Below, in pieces: positions 1 through 9,401 of a DNA stretch of 64,000 nucleotides; position 1 is the first letter of the stretch; each line of letters opens with the position of its first letter. The position numbers were made by a program, and so were the translations under genes. This stretch comes from Chloroflexaceae bacterium (lineage in GTDB: Bacteria > Chloroflexota > Chloroflexia > Chloroflexales > Chloroflexaceae). The stretch spans positions 10,558 through 74,557 of the forward strand of contig DAOTUJ010000155.1 of assembly GCA_034437175.1 (NCBI GenBank), given 5' to 3'. The notes beneath the pieces are model-generated. The model was not told the origin of the DNA and ran no database searches. It saw only the letters and a list, made by a program, of their open reading frames with translations.

Positions 1-509
1 TCGCGCCCGCCGAAGATACCGGGCTGCCCGCTGCTTCATGCGACCTTGTCACTGCCGGGCAGTGCTGGCACTGGTTCGACCGCGCACGCACCGCCGCCGA
101 AGTCAGCCGGCTGCTGCTGCCCGGCGGCGCAATCGTGATTGCCCACCTCGATTGGATCCCGCTGCCGGGGAACGTCGTTGCAGCTACCGAGCAGCTGATC
201 CGGGCTCACAACCCGGCCTGGGCCATGAGCGGCGGCAGCGGCCTGTACCCGGCCTGGCTGCGCGATCTTGCCGGCGCCGGCTTCGTCGATATCCAGACCT
301 TCTCCTTCGACCTGGATCTGGTCTACACTGCCGAAGCCTGGCGCGGTCGTATTCGGGCCAGTGCCGGCATCGCGGCCAGCCTGCCGCCGGATGCCGGCGC
401 CCGGTTCGATCAGGAACTCCGCGAACTGCTGGCCCGCGATTTCCCGGCAGATCCGCTGTCCGTCCACCACCGGGTATGGGCGGCAACGGCCCGCAAAGCC
501 GGATCTTAG
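1..509 (+). CDS. class I SAM-dependent methyltransferase, C-terminal part (5' end outside window)
   Basis: The frame is open from the window edge (codon phase from nt 3) to the stop at 507-509. The translation ...DLVTAGQCWHWFDRARTAAEVSRLLLPGGAIVIAHL... looks like the post-motif II/III region of Methyltransf_11/25 enzymes. Track ORF 135..509 is the same frame from an internal GTG. Confidence 0.7.
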   Translation, partial: APAEDTGLPAASCDLVTAGQCWHWFDRARTAAEVSRLLLPGGAIVIAHLDWIPLPGNVVAATEQLIRAHNPAWAMSGGSGLYPAWLRDLAGAGFVDIQTFSFDLDLVYTAEAWRGRIRASAGIAASLPPDAGARFDQELRELLARDFPADPLSVHHRVWAATARKAGS

Positions 510-518
510 TAGTTCACC

Positions 519-1490
519 ATGATGGATCACAAGCTCTCACACAACCTGGGGCTCGACCTGGCACGTTCGACGGAGGCTGCCGCGATTGCCGCCGGGCGCT
601 GGATGGGCCTGGGGCGCAGCGAAGAGGCCGAAACCGTCGCCAGCCGGGTAATGCTGACCGAGCTGAATTTGCTCCCGATTGCCGGACGGGTCGCGATGGG
701 CGAAGAGGGCCGGCCTAACCGCCGTGCCCCGCTGATCACGGGTCAACTGATCGGCCTGGGCATCGGCCCGGAAATCGACATCGTTGCCGATCCGATTGAT
801 GGCCGCAACCAGCTCGCCCAGGGTCGTTCCGGTGCCATCGCCTGCGCCGCAGTGGCCCCGCGCGGCACAATGTGGGCGCCGCTCCCGGCGGCGTACATGG
901 AAAAGATTGTCGTCGACCGCGAAGTGGCGCCGGCGCTGGTGCCCGAATGCCTGGGCGCACCGGCTGCCTGGACGCTGGCGCTGGTGGCGCGGGCCAAACG
1001 CAAAGCCGTGCGCGACCTGGTCGTCTTTGTGCTCGAACGCGAGCGCCATGCATACCTGGTAGAAGAAATTCGCTCGGCCGGCGCACGGGTGTTGCTTAGC
1101 TCAGACGGCGACATCGCCGGGGCATTGATGGTCGCCGCCCGCCGTAGCCGGGTCGATCTGCTGATGGGCATCGGCGGCATCGCCGAGGGTCTGATCGCCG
1201 CCTGCGCCGTCAAATCCTTGCGCGGCGCCATGCTGGGCCGCCTGTCGCCACAGAGCCCCGCCGAACGCGAGGCCGTTGCCGCCGCCGGCCTGAATACCCG
1301 ACGCATTCTCAATTGCAACGACCTGGTCGCCGGCAACCAGATTTTTTTTGCCGCCACCGGCATCACCGAGGGCCGCCTGTTGCCCGGCGTCGTCTACGAA
1401 GGCCGCCGCGTCGAAACCAGCAGCATCGTGCTGCGCTGCGAAACCGGCAATTTGCGCACGATCCACGCCGAATACCCCGATCACACTTGA
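519..1490 (+). CDS. glpX: class II fructose-1,6-bisphosphatase (GlpX type)
   Basis: The 323-aa ORF is collinear with GlpX. Recognisable blocks are LARSTEAAAIAAGRWMG, DIVADPIDG, DGDIAGA, MGIGGIAEG and FFAATGITEG. Confidence 0.9.
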   Translation: MMDHKLSHNLGLDLARSTEAAAIAAGRWMGLGRSEEAETVASRVMLTELNLLPIAGRVAMGEEGRPNRRAPLITGQLIGLGIGPEIDIVADPIDGRNQLAQGRSGAIACAAVAPRGTMWAPLPAAYMEKIVVDREVAPALVPECLGAPAAWTLALVARAKRKAVRDLVVFVLERERHAYLVEEIRSAGARVLLSSDGDIAGALMVAARRSRVDLLMGIGGIAEGLIAACAVKSLRGAMLGRLSPQSPAEREAVAAAGLNTRRILNCNDLVAGNQIFFAATGITEGRLLPGVVYEGRRVETSSIVLRCETGNLRTIHAEYPDHT

Positions 1491-1604
1491 GATACACCGC
1501 AGTAATCCCGATCTGCTATAGTTTAACCAGTTACGTGTGCGCGGCAGCCTCTTCCGTGCGCAACGTTCTGTCTCTTACTCGCCACGCGCAAAGGAGCATC
1601 TCGT

Positions 1605-3665
1605 ATGCGTCGCATTGCCCATCTTTTTGCTCTGCTGCTGATCGCAGCCCTGCTCCTGGCCTCCTGCGGGCGCCAGGCTCCGGAACCCGAAGCTGTACCC
1701 AGCCCCGCCGGTGAGCCAACCGCAACTACGGCACCCACCGCTGCGCCCACCGCCACCCCTGCGCCCACCGCCACCCCTGCGCCGGCGGCCGAACTCGCCC
1801 CAGCTGAACTGGTCGCCGAGGCGATCAACCGAAGCATTGCCAGTGAAGAGCTCTCCGTCTATCTCGAACAGGTCTACCGGCCGGCCTCCGGCATGGAACA
1901 GACCTGGACAGTCGACGCAAACTACAGCAATGCCGGTGAGCTCATAGAGATTACCGGCGATGTTGCGCTGCTTGCCGGAGCCGGCAATGCTATGCTGGTA
2001 TCCAGCCGGGTTGATAATCAACTGTATTTGTTCGGCCCGATCCCGGCATTGGGTATGGAAAACCAGGGATGGTACAACGTCGACGGCGATATTGACCGGC
2101 TGTCTTTCCCACGCAATGAGTTTGCAGCTTTCCTGGAACAGGCCGCCAATCCCGCTGTTCTGGCCACGCTTGAATTTGAAACCAATACGGAACGCAGTGG
2201 CCAGGCCTGCGCTATGTATGCCGCGAGCGCCGAAGCCGGCACAGTTGCCCTGACAAAGGTCGTCGATCATTTTGGCTTCCCACTGAGCCCACATCTGCCG
2301 GTTCAACAGGCCGACCTGAGCTACGAAGTCTGTGATGGGCAACTCCGTTTGATTGAATTTGCTGCCGTAGTTTCCGAGCATGGCGATCTGGCCGCGGCAC
2401 AGGATGTCTCGATTGCAATGGTGCTGGCCCACCAGACCACCAGCGACCTTCCCGAAAATATCGAGGCAATTGCCACAGCGAATATCAGCCCGGAGATGGT
2501 GGCCGGCATCTTCAATGAACTGGCACCGGTTGCTGCACCGGAAGCCCCGCTTTACACCGCTACCGTCTTCAACGGCGGCAACCTGCGGGCTACGCCGGAT
2601 CTCAATAGCGCAGTGCTCGACCAGATCCATGCCGCCGAAACCGTCACCCTGCACGGCAAGAGCGACAATGGCAACTGGTACCAGATCAGCAACCCGCGCG
2701 GCGTCACCGGCTGGGTCAGTGGAACCCTGTTAGCGGTCGAACCGGCAGTAGCCGCCGCCGTACCGGTCGGCGATCACGCTCCGGCGACCGCTGTCGTATC
2801 ACCATCGCAGCCGGCCGCTCCGGTTGCTGAAGAACCCGGCGCTGCGCCCACCGAACCAGCCGAAGAACCCGCCAGCACCACTGCGAATATACCGCCCTTC
2901 ATCCCGAACACCCCGGTCGAATTCGCCATGGTCAAAACTGCCCTGGCCCGTTCTTTCCAGATGGAAATGGAAGTTTCGGCGACCGGGTTGCCGCCGGAAG
3001 CTTTGAACATGCCCGATCTCGACCCGGCCCAGCCGATTACCGTGATGCGCATGACCGGCAAAGTCGACACAAACAATCAGAAGGCGCACCTCACATTCAG
3101 CGGCGCCTTCACTGAATTGATCGGCGGCAATCCCAATCAGAGCATCGAAGTCCTGACCACCGACGGCCATGGCTATCTGCGCGGCCCGATGCCGCTGCTC
3201 GGCGCCTTTGAAAACCGCTGGTACGACCTCGGCCCCGATACCGGCACTATCGACGAATCTTACGATGACCCCGACGCCCTGATGAATGAGCTCCAGGGGC
3301 AGGGCATCGATCTCGACATTTTCAACAAAACCGGCAGCGAGAACCTGGACGGCCAGACCTGCGATGTCTACAGTGTCGACCGGACCGAACTGGCGGAATT
3401 GCTGGCCGATCTCGATGAGAGCGGCAGCATGAGCCCGCAAGACTTCGCCGACATCGACGACATGAGCGTCAAGATCTGGATCTGCGAAGACGGCTATTTC
3501 CACCAGTTCGAGGTGCGCATCGATGCCACCGACCCGAGCATGCCCGATCAGCAGGTCAGCATTCGCATAGTGCTGCACCTCTTCGACTACGGCAGCACTT
3601 TTAATATCGTCCCGCCAGAAGACGCATTGCCGCTGGAGATGGATCCGGACACACTATTCAGCTAG
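1605..3665 (+). CDS. secreted lipoprotein with a central SH3b domain flanked by two related modules
   Basis: An AAAGGAG SD precedes the ATG. There is a lipobox (LLLASCG) and a Pro/Thr/Ala linker. The SH3b-like stretch is NLRATPDLNSAVLDQIHAAETVTLHGKSDNGNWYQISNPRGVTGWVSGTLL. The N- and C-terminal halves share blocks (ERSGQACAMYA vs NLDGQTCDVYS; VCDGQLRLIEF vs ICEDGYFHQFEV). Confidence 0.8.
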   Translation: MRRIAHLFALLLIAALLLASCGRQAPEPEAVPSPAGEPTATTAPTAAPTATPAPTATPAPAAELAPAELVAEAINRSIASEELSVYLEQVYRPASGMEQTWTVDANYSNAGELIEITGDVALLAGAGNAMLVSSRVDNQLYLFGPIPALGMENQGWYNVDGDIDRLSFPRNEFAAFLEQAANPAVLATLEFETNTERSGQACAMYAASAEAGTVALTKVVDHFGFPLSPHLPVQQADLSYEVCDGQLRLIEFAAVVSEHGDLAAAQDVSIAMVLAHQTTSDLPENIEAIATANISPEMVAGIFNELAPVAAPEAPLYTATVFNGGNLRATPDLNSAVLDQIHAAETVTLHGKSDNGNWYQISNPRGVTGWVSGTLLAVEPAVAAAVPVGDHAPATAVVSPSQPAAPVAEEPGAAPTEPAEEPASTTANIPPFIPNTPVEFAMVKTALARSFQMEMEVSATGLPPEALNMPDLDPAQPITVMRMTGKVDTNNQKAHLTFSGAFTELIGGNPNQSIEVLTTDGHGYLRGPMPLLGAFENRWYDLGPDTGTIDESYDDPDALMNELQGQGIDLDIFNKTGSENLDGQTCDVYSVDRTELAELLADLDESGSMSPQDFADIDDMSVKIWICEDGYFHQFEVRIDATDPSMPDQQVSIRIVLHLFDYGSTFNIVPPEDALPLEMDPDTLFS
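1743..1778 (+). repeat. perfect 18-nt tandem duplication inside the lipoprotein linker
   Basis: GCGCCCACCGCCACCCCT occurs twice back to back (1743-1760, 1761-1778), encoding APTATP x2. A partial third copy lies upstream. Confidence 0.9.
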
Positions 3666-3672
3666 GAAACTG

Positions 3673-3720
3673 ATCCAGCAAGACGCGGGCGGCACGTGTG
3701 CCGCCCGCGTCTTGCTGGAT
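3673..3720. terminator. 48-nt perfect palindrome between convergent genes (probable bidirectional terminator)
   Basis: ATCCAGCAAGACGCGGGCGGCAC-GT-GTGCCGCCCGCGTCTTGCTGGAT has 23-nt arms. It starts 8 nt after the stop of 1605..3665. Confidence 0.7.
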
Positions 3721-3832
3721 ACTGTCGGATTTATTAAACGCTGCACGCTCGGAAACAGTTCGCATTGTTTCTGAAGGCGAATCCCCGATCGAGGACATGC
3801 TGCACCGTCGCAAACCACTTGAAGCAATGCGC

Positions 3833-3885
3833 CGCAAGCACGATGCGGCCCGGCGGCATTGCCGCCGGGCCGCATCGTGCTTGCG
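3833..3885 (-). terminator. 53-nt palindrome abutting the stop of the Mo-oxidoreductase gene
   Basis: CGCAAGCACGATGCGGCCCGGCGGCA / TGCCGCCGGGCCGCATCGTGCTTGCG form 26-nt complementary arms. The element ends 1 nt from the stop codon at 3887-3889. Confidence 0.65.
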
Positions 3886-3886
3886 C

Positions 3887-5968
3887 CTAAATCGGCTTCA
3901 CGCGCACTACGTTCGAGTGAAAGGTACTCTGGCCGGCCAGGTCGGCCAGTGCGTCGGGTGTCGTCCAGTTGATGTTGCGCCCGCCGCGCGCGTGTTTCGC
4001 CCAGGAGCCCTTCGGTGCCACCACCACGCCCGCCGGCACATCGCCGGTGACGACGGCGCGCAATTCGCAACTGCCGCGCTCGTTTTCCACCCGCACAATA
4101 ACACCATCACCAATGCCGCGGGCAGCCGCGTCGGCCGGGTTGATCTCGATAAAGGGCTCGCCCTCCTTTGCGCGCAGGCTCGGCTGGTTGCCCATACTCG
4201 AAGAAACATAATGATGCGAGGCGCCCGAGATCAACATCAGGCCGCCGGGGTTGCCATTGGCCTGAATGGACTGAAAGGCAGCCGGCTCCTGGTAGAACGG
4301 CAGTGGATCGAGACCCTGCGCCGCCATCACCGTCGAGTACAGTTCGACTTTGCCCGAGTTCGTCGGGAAGCGCCCGTCGGCAAACGGTACGTCGGTTTCC
4401 GGCGTGAAGTGTAGCGGCACCGTGCCCTCGGCTTTCAGCCGCTCCAGGGTGATCCCCTTCAGGTAGGGGGTTCGCGCCCGCGAGGCGTCCAGCACACTGC
4501 GAATGGCCGCTTCCGGATCCTCATGCAGCCAGGGTTCGCAATAACCCATCGCCGTCGCCAGTAACCGGCTGACATCCCAGTTGCTCTTGCTCTCGCCCAG
4601 CGGCGGTATCGCGGCATGGTTGTACTGCAAGTTGCGGTGACCATAGGGCCGATGCAGATCAACGTGCTCGAGCTGGCTGGTCGCCGGCAGCACTATGTCG
4701 GCGTAGTCGGCGGTGTCGGTCATGAACAACTCGTGAACCACCGTGAACAGGTCTTCACGCTGCAGGCCGGCGACAATCAGACCGGCATTCGGCGAAGAGG
4801 CCACCGGGTTGGCACAATAAACGAACAGCGATTTGATGGGCGGATCATTGATCTCGCCGGTCAGGGCGGCGCCCAGGCGGTTCATATTGATCGTGCGCGG
4901 CACCGGTGCCCACTGGCTGACATGGCCGAGCGCCTCGCCGTCCCAGGGCGCATAGCCGCCGGTAGAATAGGCCAGTCCGCCACCACGCACACCGTACTGG
5001 CCAACCACCGCCGGCAGGCAGAGCAGGGCACGGAAAGTCTGGCCGCCGTTGGCGTGACGTTGCACACCGTCGGCGGTTTTGAGCAGCGCCGGCCTGGTGG
5101 TGGCATAGCGCCGGGCCAGGCCGACAATCGTTTCGACGGGCAGGCCGGTAATGGCGGCGACCCGTTCGGGCGGATATTCAGCGGCGCGCTCGCGCAGTTC
5201 GTGCCAGCCATGGCCATGATTGACCAGCCAGGGCTCGTCGTGCAGGCTTTCCCCGAAGATGACGTGCATGAGTCCCAGCGCCAGCGCGCCGTCGGTAGCC
5301 GGGCGCAACTGGATGTGCTCATTGGCGGAACGAGCAGTGGCGGTGCGCCGCGGATCGATCACGACCACCCGGCAGCCGTTCTTCTGAGCGGCCCGCAGGA
5401 AGGGCATAAAATGCGGCGCGGTACTGGCCGGGTTATGGCCCCAGATCAGCACCAGCTTACTGTGCTCTACATCGGTGTAATCCGGGCTATGGCGTACGCC
5501 GAGCGTCGCGCCGACGACAGCATGAGCGGCGGCACAACAAATGGCGCGATCCAGACCACTGGCACCCATACGCCCCCAGAGCCGCGCGTCGACAATCGCC
5601 GTCTGCAAAAGGCCCAGTGTGCCGCTGTAAGAATAGGGCAGAATTGCGGCGGAACCGTATGCGGCAATGATGTCCTGCCAGCGGCCGGCAATCTCCGCGA
5701 TGGCTTCGTCCCAACTGATGCGTTCCCAGCGCCCACTGCCCTTCGCGCCGACGCGCCGCAGCGGATGCGTCAGCCGGTCGGGGCTGTAGACCCGTTCGAG
5801 ATAGGGGCGCACCTTGGCACAGAGCCAGCCGCGGGTTACCGGATGTTCGTTGTCGGCATAAAAGCGAATGGCGCGCCCGTCCTGCACCTCGGTGATGGTA
5901 GCACAGGTATCGGGACAATCATGGGGGCAGGCGCCCTTGTAGAGAACCGTTTCACCGGCGACAGACAT
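3887..5968 (-). CDS. molybdopterin (bis-MGD) oxidoreductase with N-terminal 4Fe-4S motif
   Basis: There is a CPHDCPDTC...C cluster motif near the N-terminus and length typical of the MopB superfamily. I start at MSVAGETVLYKGACPHDC (ATG 5968), which is preceded by AAGGAAG. The track ORF extends 24 codons further, to 6040. Confidence 0.85.
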   Translation of the reverse strand: MSVAGETVLYKGACPHDCPDTCATITEVQDGRAIRFYADNEHPVTRGWLCAKVRPYLERVYSPDRLTHPLRRVGAKGSGRWERISWDEAIAEIAGRWQDIIAAYGSAAILPYSYSGTLGLLQTAIVDARLWGRMGASGLDRAICCAAAHAVVGATLGVRHSPDYTDVEHSKLVLIWGHNPASTAPHFMPFLRAAQKNGCRVVVIDPRRTATARSANEHIQLRPATDGALALGLMHVIFGESLHDEPWLVNHGHGWHELRERAAEYPPERVAAITGLPVETIVGLARRYATTRPALLKTADGVQRHANGGQTFRALLCLPAVVGQYGVRGGGLAYSTGGYAPWDGEALGHVSQWAPVPRTINMNRLGAALTGEINDPPIKSLFVYCANPVASSPNAGLIVAGLQREDLFTVVHELFMTDTADYADIVLPATSQLEHVDLHRPYGHRNLQYNHAAIPPLGESKSNWDVSRLLATAMGYCEPWLHEDPEAAIRSVLDASRARTPYLKGITLERLKAEGTVPLHFTPETDVPFADGRFPTNSGKVELYSTVMAAQGLDPLPFYQEPAAFQSIQANGNPGGLMLISGASHHYVSSSMGNQPSLRAKEGEPFIEINPADAAARGIGDGVIVRVENERGSCELRAVVTGDVPAGVVVAPKGSWAKHARGGRNINWTTPDALADLAGQSTFHSNVVRVKPI

Positions 5969-6133
5969 GCGCAGCTTCCTTTCTCGGCCCGGCCCGGCAA
6001 GCCTCCAGCGGCCTGCCCACAAACACCGCAGCTTGCTCAATTGTACTCGAAAAAGTTGCTTTCATGGGTTTTCGCGGCTTCACCACGCAAGCTCACGCAA
6101 AATAATCGCTCGCTTGAGCCGCTTCAGATGGTC

Positions 6134-6162
6134 TTGCATCATCATCGTTATCCTCGTATAAT
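6134..6162 (+). promoter_or_regulatory. sigma-70-like promoter for the response regulator gene
   Basis: TTGCAT (6134-6139), 17-nt spacer, TATAAT (6157-6162). Confidence 0.45.
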
Positions 6163-6258
6163 ACGAACGGTTGTTTGCGGCTTTCCAATCGGATCTTGTC
6201 GGTTCCGCCAGGCAATCCGCAGTCGGGTAAAAGGCGTACGGCCTCTATCAGGGAATGT

Positions 6259-6936
6259 ATGCAGCGGATTCTGGTCATCGAAGATGAAAGCGAAATCGCC
6301 GGCTATCTGCGGCGCGGTCTGACCCTCGAGGGCTACCAGGTCGATGTTGCCGCCGACGGACATAGCGGCCTCGCCGCCGCCCGCGAGCACATGCCCAACC
6401 TGGTGGTGCTCGATTTGATGCTGCCCGGCATCGACGGCCTCGAAGTCGCCCGCCGCCTCCGCGCTGTCTCCGATGATGTTCCGATTATTATGTTAACTGC
6501 TCGTGACACCGTTGCCGACCGGGTGACCGGGCTGGAGAGCGGCGCCGACGATTACCTGGTCAAGCCGTTTGCCTTTGAGGAACTGCTGGCCCGCATCCGG
6601 GTGCAATTGCGCCGCCGCCAGAGCGCGCAGAGCTCGGAAGTATTGCGGTACAACGGTTTGCAGATCGACATCGCCGCTCGTGAAGTACGCATCGGCGAGC
6701 GGCGGATCGAGTTAACCGCCAAGGAATACGAATTGCTCGAACTGTTTATGCGTCACCCGCAGCAGGTGCTGACCCGCGAAGTGATCTATGATCGGGTCTG
6801 GGGCTACGATTTTGGTGGCGAGAGCAACATTATCGAGGTATATGTGCGCTACCTGCGCCAGAAACTTGAAGCCGGCGGCGAACCCCGGCTCATTCAGACC
6901 GTCCGCGGCGTCGGCTATATTTTGCGCGACGAATAA
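6259..6936 (+). CDS. OmpR/PhoB-family response regulator
   Basis: [10 protein letters not shown]...DLMLPGIDG...LTARD...KPF is a receiver domain. The winged-helix C-terminus is [23 protein letters not shown]...[10 protein letters not shown]...IQTVRGVGY. The start is chosen at the receiver N-terminus; the track ORF begins at 6175. Confidence 0.9.
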   Translation: MQRILVIEDESEIAGYLRRGLTLEGYQVDVAADGHSGLAAAREHMPNLVVLDLMLPGIDGLEVARRLRAVSDDVPIIMLTARDTVADRVTGLESGADDYLVKPFAFEELLARIRVQLRRRQSAQSSEVLRYNGLQIDIAAREVRIGERRIELTAKEYELLELFMRHPQQVLTREVIYDRVWGYDFGGESNIIEVYVRYLRQKLEAGGEPRLIQTVRGVGYILRDE

Positions 6937-7136
6937 ATTCCTCAGTGTGACGTCATTTGCCTGCGGCAGCTAAGGAGAGCACCTTCTTTTTCAGTTGATG
7001 GTGCAGCTTCGCCTTGTTCTGTCACCGGGGCGTAATCTGGCACGCTACTGTTGCTGCACATAGCGTGGTATGCTTTCTATCCCACGTGGCCGATATGCCA
7101 CCGGGGGTAGCCACGTTCGCTACCGGGTCTCTTCCC

Positions 7137-7154
7137 GAACCATAGCTATGGTTC
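7137..7154. promoter_or_regulatory. perfect 18-bp palindrome GAACCATAGCTATGGTTC
   Basis: The palindrome lies 19 nt upstream of the ATG at 7173. No SD-like sequence lies between it and the start codon. Confidence 0.4.
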
Positions 7155-7172
7155 TACGTAGAATGTCTCCCT

Positions 7173-8111
7173 ATGCACAATCCGGATCAATCCGGCCGGA
7201 AATGGCGTAACCGCCTGCTGTTGCTCGCCGGCCTGGTACTGGCCGGCGCAATGCTGGCACTGTTCCAGCCCGGTCTGGCAGCCACTCTGGCGCTCCTGAC
7301 CATCGTCGGGCTGGGCTGGGAACGCCTGCGCCTCGAGCGCGATATGGGCGCGCTGGCGACGCACATCCGGACAGGCAATTTTGACAGCAAGCTTGAAGTC
7401 GACCGCGGTTCCTGGGGCGAGGTCTGTCATGCCGTCAATGGATTATTGCAGCAGCAACGTCGCGAACGCCGCCTGCGCCGCCTGGTTCCGCCATTGCCTT
7501 TGAGTGTCGCCGAAGCGCTCAGTGCCGCCCACTGGCCCGGCGACGGCATTCGGCAACCGGTGGTCGTACTGGCACTGGGCTTGCAGGCCAGACCGGGTTT
7601 TGTCTCAACGGCGACAATAGCCACACCCTCCCTCAATGCGCTGCGCCTGCTCGGCGCCGCCTCCTGGAACTGCGCTCATACTTACCGCGCGCTGCCCGAA
7701 CGCTACGGCAACGTCATGCTGCTCTGCTTCGGTGCCTTCGACGACAACTACCAGTGCGCACTGCGCGACGCTTTGCAGAGTGCCCGTACCATCCGCCAGC
7801 AACTGAGGGCGGCGACCCTCGATCAGCAGTTGCGCTGCGGGCTGGCCGGCGGCAATGGGCATATCTCGGCAGCCATCGAGATCGGCACTCGCATCGATGG
7901 GCCGCCCCGCGACCATGCCCTCGAATTGCAACAGCTTGCCGCCGGCAGTCCGGTCGACTGGCTGTTGTGCAGCGAAGAGATCTATTTGCAATTGTACAGC
8001 GATCAACCGGCCGGTCCACGCCGCCCCGCCCGCCCGCAAAGCCGGCCCACTGCCAATACTACCCGGCCACGCGCCTATGCATTGGAAGCCGGGAAGCCTG
8101 ATTCGACTTGA
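7173..8111 (+). CDS. membrane protein: 2 TM + HAMP + degenerate class III cyclase-like domain
   Basis: There are two N-terminal hydrophobic helices. The HAMP-like stretch is ERDMGALATHIRTGNFDSKLEVDRGSWGEVCHAVNGLL. The C-terminal region is arranged like a cyclase homology domain (VVVLALGLQ..., YGNVMLLCFGAF, LRCGLAGGNG) but lacks the metal-binding Asp residues. The functional call is tentative. Confidence 0.5.
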   Translation: MHNPDQSGRKWRNRLLLLAGLVLAGAMLALFQPGLAATLALLTIVGLGWERLRLERDMGALATHIRTGNFDSKLEVDRGSWGEVCHAVNGLLQQQRRERRLRRLVPPLPLSVAEALSAAHWPGDGIRQPVVVLALGLQARPGFVSTATIATPSLNALRLLGAASWNCAHTYRALPERYGNVMLLCFGAFDDNYQCALRDALQSARTIRQQLRAATLDQQLRCGLAGGNGHISAAIEIGTRIDGPPRDHALELQQLAAGSPVDWLLCSEEIYLQLYSDQPAGPRRPARPQSRPTANTTRPRAYALEAGKPDST

Positions 8112-8180
8112 CGGTACCTCTTTACCGTTCTACACTGTAGAGAGTCGAACACAGCAGTAGAGGTCAGAGGAGCAAGGTTC

Positions 8181-8423
8181 ATGAATTCAGGTCGCCACAC
8201 TTCAATAAACCAACTGCCAAACGGCTGGATCCAGGATCAGAGTTCGGCATTGCCATTATGGCCGGAACAGTCCCGCGGCCTGGCTCAGCGCACGCTTCTC
8301 CGGTTGACGGACGCCGTGCCTCCGGGTGAAGCCGTGTTCAATCGCATCAGTGATCTGGAACTGCAACTGGCACGCGAAACGCTGGATCTGCTCTACCGTA
8401 CCGATTCTGCGACTACCGCCTGA
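8181..8423 (+). CDS. hypothetical small protein (80 aa)
   Basis: A GAGGAG SD lies 8 nt upstream of the ATG. Codon usage is plausible and I recognise no family. Confidence 0.45.
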   Translation: MNSGRHTSINQLPNGWIQDQSSALPLWPEQSRGLAQRTLLRLTDAVPPGEAVFNRISDLELQLARETLDLLYRTDSATTA

Positions 8424-8437
8424 ATACGAACCTGACG

Positions 8438-9286
8438 ATGTTTTCACAAGATCGCTCATTCTTCAGCATTGCCGATCGTCGGAATCAGGTGCCGCTGCCG
8501 CCGGTACGCACTCGCCTGATACTGACGCTCGGCAATCTGTTGTTTTTTGCCGGAATCTATATTCTTCTCTATGTCGGTGGTGTGCAATCACACATTGCCT
8601 ACCAGCGCCTGGCTGCTCGCGGCGACAACGATCTCGCAGTACGCCCGATTGTGATTGCGGCTCCCGCCGCCAGTACCGCAGCATCCGGCAGTGAACCGGC
8701 TGTCTTCAGCGTGCCGATTATCAACGGCAACGAACCGGCCGGCACCGACCCACCGGCCGCGGCCGGCCGGCCGGCCGGTACGGTCAGCCGCCTGGTCATT
8801 CCCGGTATCGGCGTGGATTCTAAAGTGGTCGAGGTTGGCTGGCGGGTCGAAGATGTCGCCGGCCGGCCGGCAGCGATCTGGGATGTGGCCGAGTTTGCCG
8901 TCGGCCAGCATCGGGGCTCGGCCAATCCCGGTCAGGGCGACAACATTGTGCTCGCCGGTCATGTCGGCGGCTATGGCAAGGTATTCCGCGACCTGTTCTA
9001 TGTTCAGCCCGGCAACCAGATCACCCTCTACAGCGCAGGGCAACAATACCTCTATGTGGTTCAGGAACGCCTGGTCGTCGATGAGGAAGGCGTTCCCGCC
9101 GAACAGCGCGCCGCCAACGCCCGCTATATCGCCCCGACCGGCCACGAAGTGGTGACGCTGGTCACCTGCTGGCCGGCCGAGGGACCGAATCGCTTCGCGC
9201 AACGAGTTATCGTGCGCGCCGTGCCCTTCGGCGCCGACACGCAGCAGGCCGCGCCCGACACACCGGCGCGCTGGCACGTGCGGTAG
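8438..9286 (+). CDS. sortase-family transpeptidase with N-terminal membrane anchor
   Basis: There is an N-terminal TM helix (LGNLLFFAGIYILLYVGG). The catalytic His context is GDNIVLAGHV and the signature Cys is VTLVTCWP. A conserved Arg follows in RVIVRA. Confidence 0.85.
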   Translation: MFSQDRSFFSIADRRNQVPLPPVRTRLILTLGNLLFFAGIYILLYVGGVQSHIAYQRLAARGDNDLAVRPIVIAAPAASTAASGSEPAVFSVPIINGNEPAGTDPPAAAGRPAGTVSRLVIPGIGVDSKVVEVGWRVEDVAGRPAAIWDVAEFAVGQHRGSANPGQGDNIVLAGHVGGYGKVFRDLFYVQPGNQITLYSAGQQYLYVVQERLVVDEEGVPAEQRAANARYIAPTGHEVVTLVTCWPAEGPNRFAQRVIVRAVPFGADTQQAAPDTPARWHVR

Positions 9287-9401
9287 AGGTCAGGATCAAC
9301 CGCAGAGGCGGGCCATTCATTCCACGGAGCGAGCCACAGGCTGATGCGCACGAAAACCTCTGCGTCCTCTGCAAGGCAGCGAAGTTCCAGGCATGCCTGG
9401 C

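Noticed and set aside
3887-5968. Possible selenocysteine (in-frame TGA) in the molybdopterin oxidoreductase.
   Set aside because: The reading frame is uninterrupted and I saw no SECIS-like requirement. The active-site region reads through with ordinary codons.
6948-6955. TGACGTCA (CRE-like) palindrome just after the OmpR-regulator stop.
   Set aside because: An 8-bp palindrome is expected by chance in this much sequence. It has no known bacterial relevance here and I saw no second copy.
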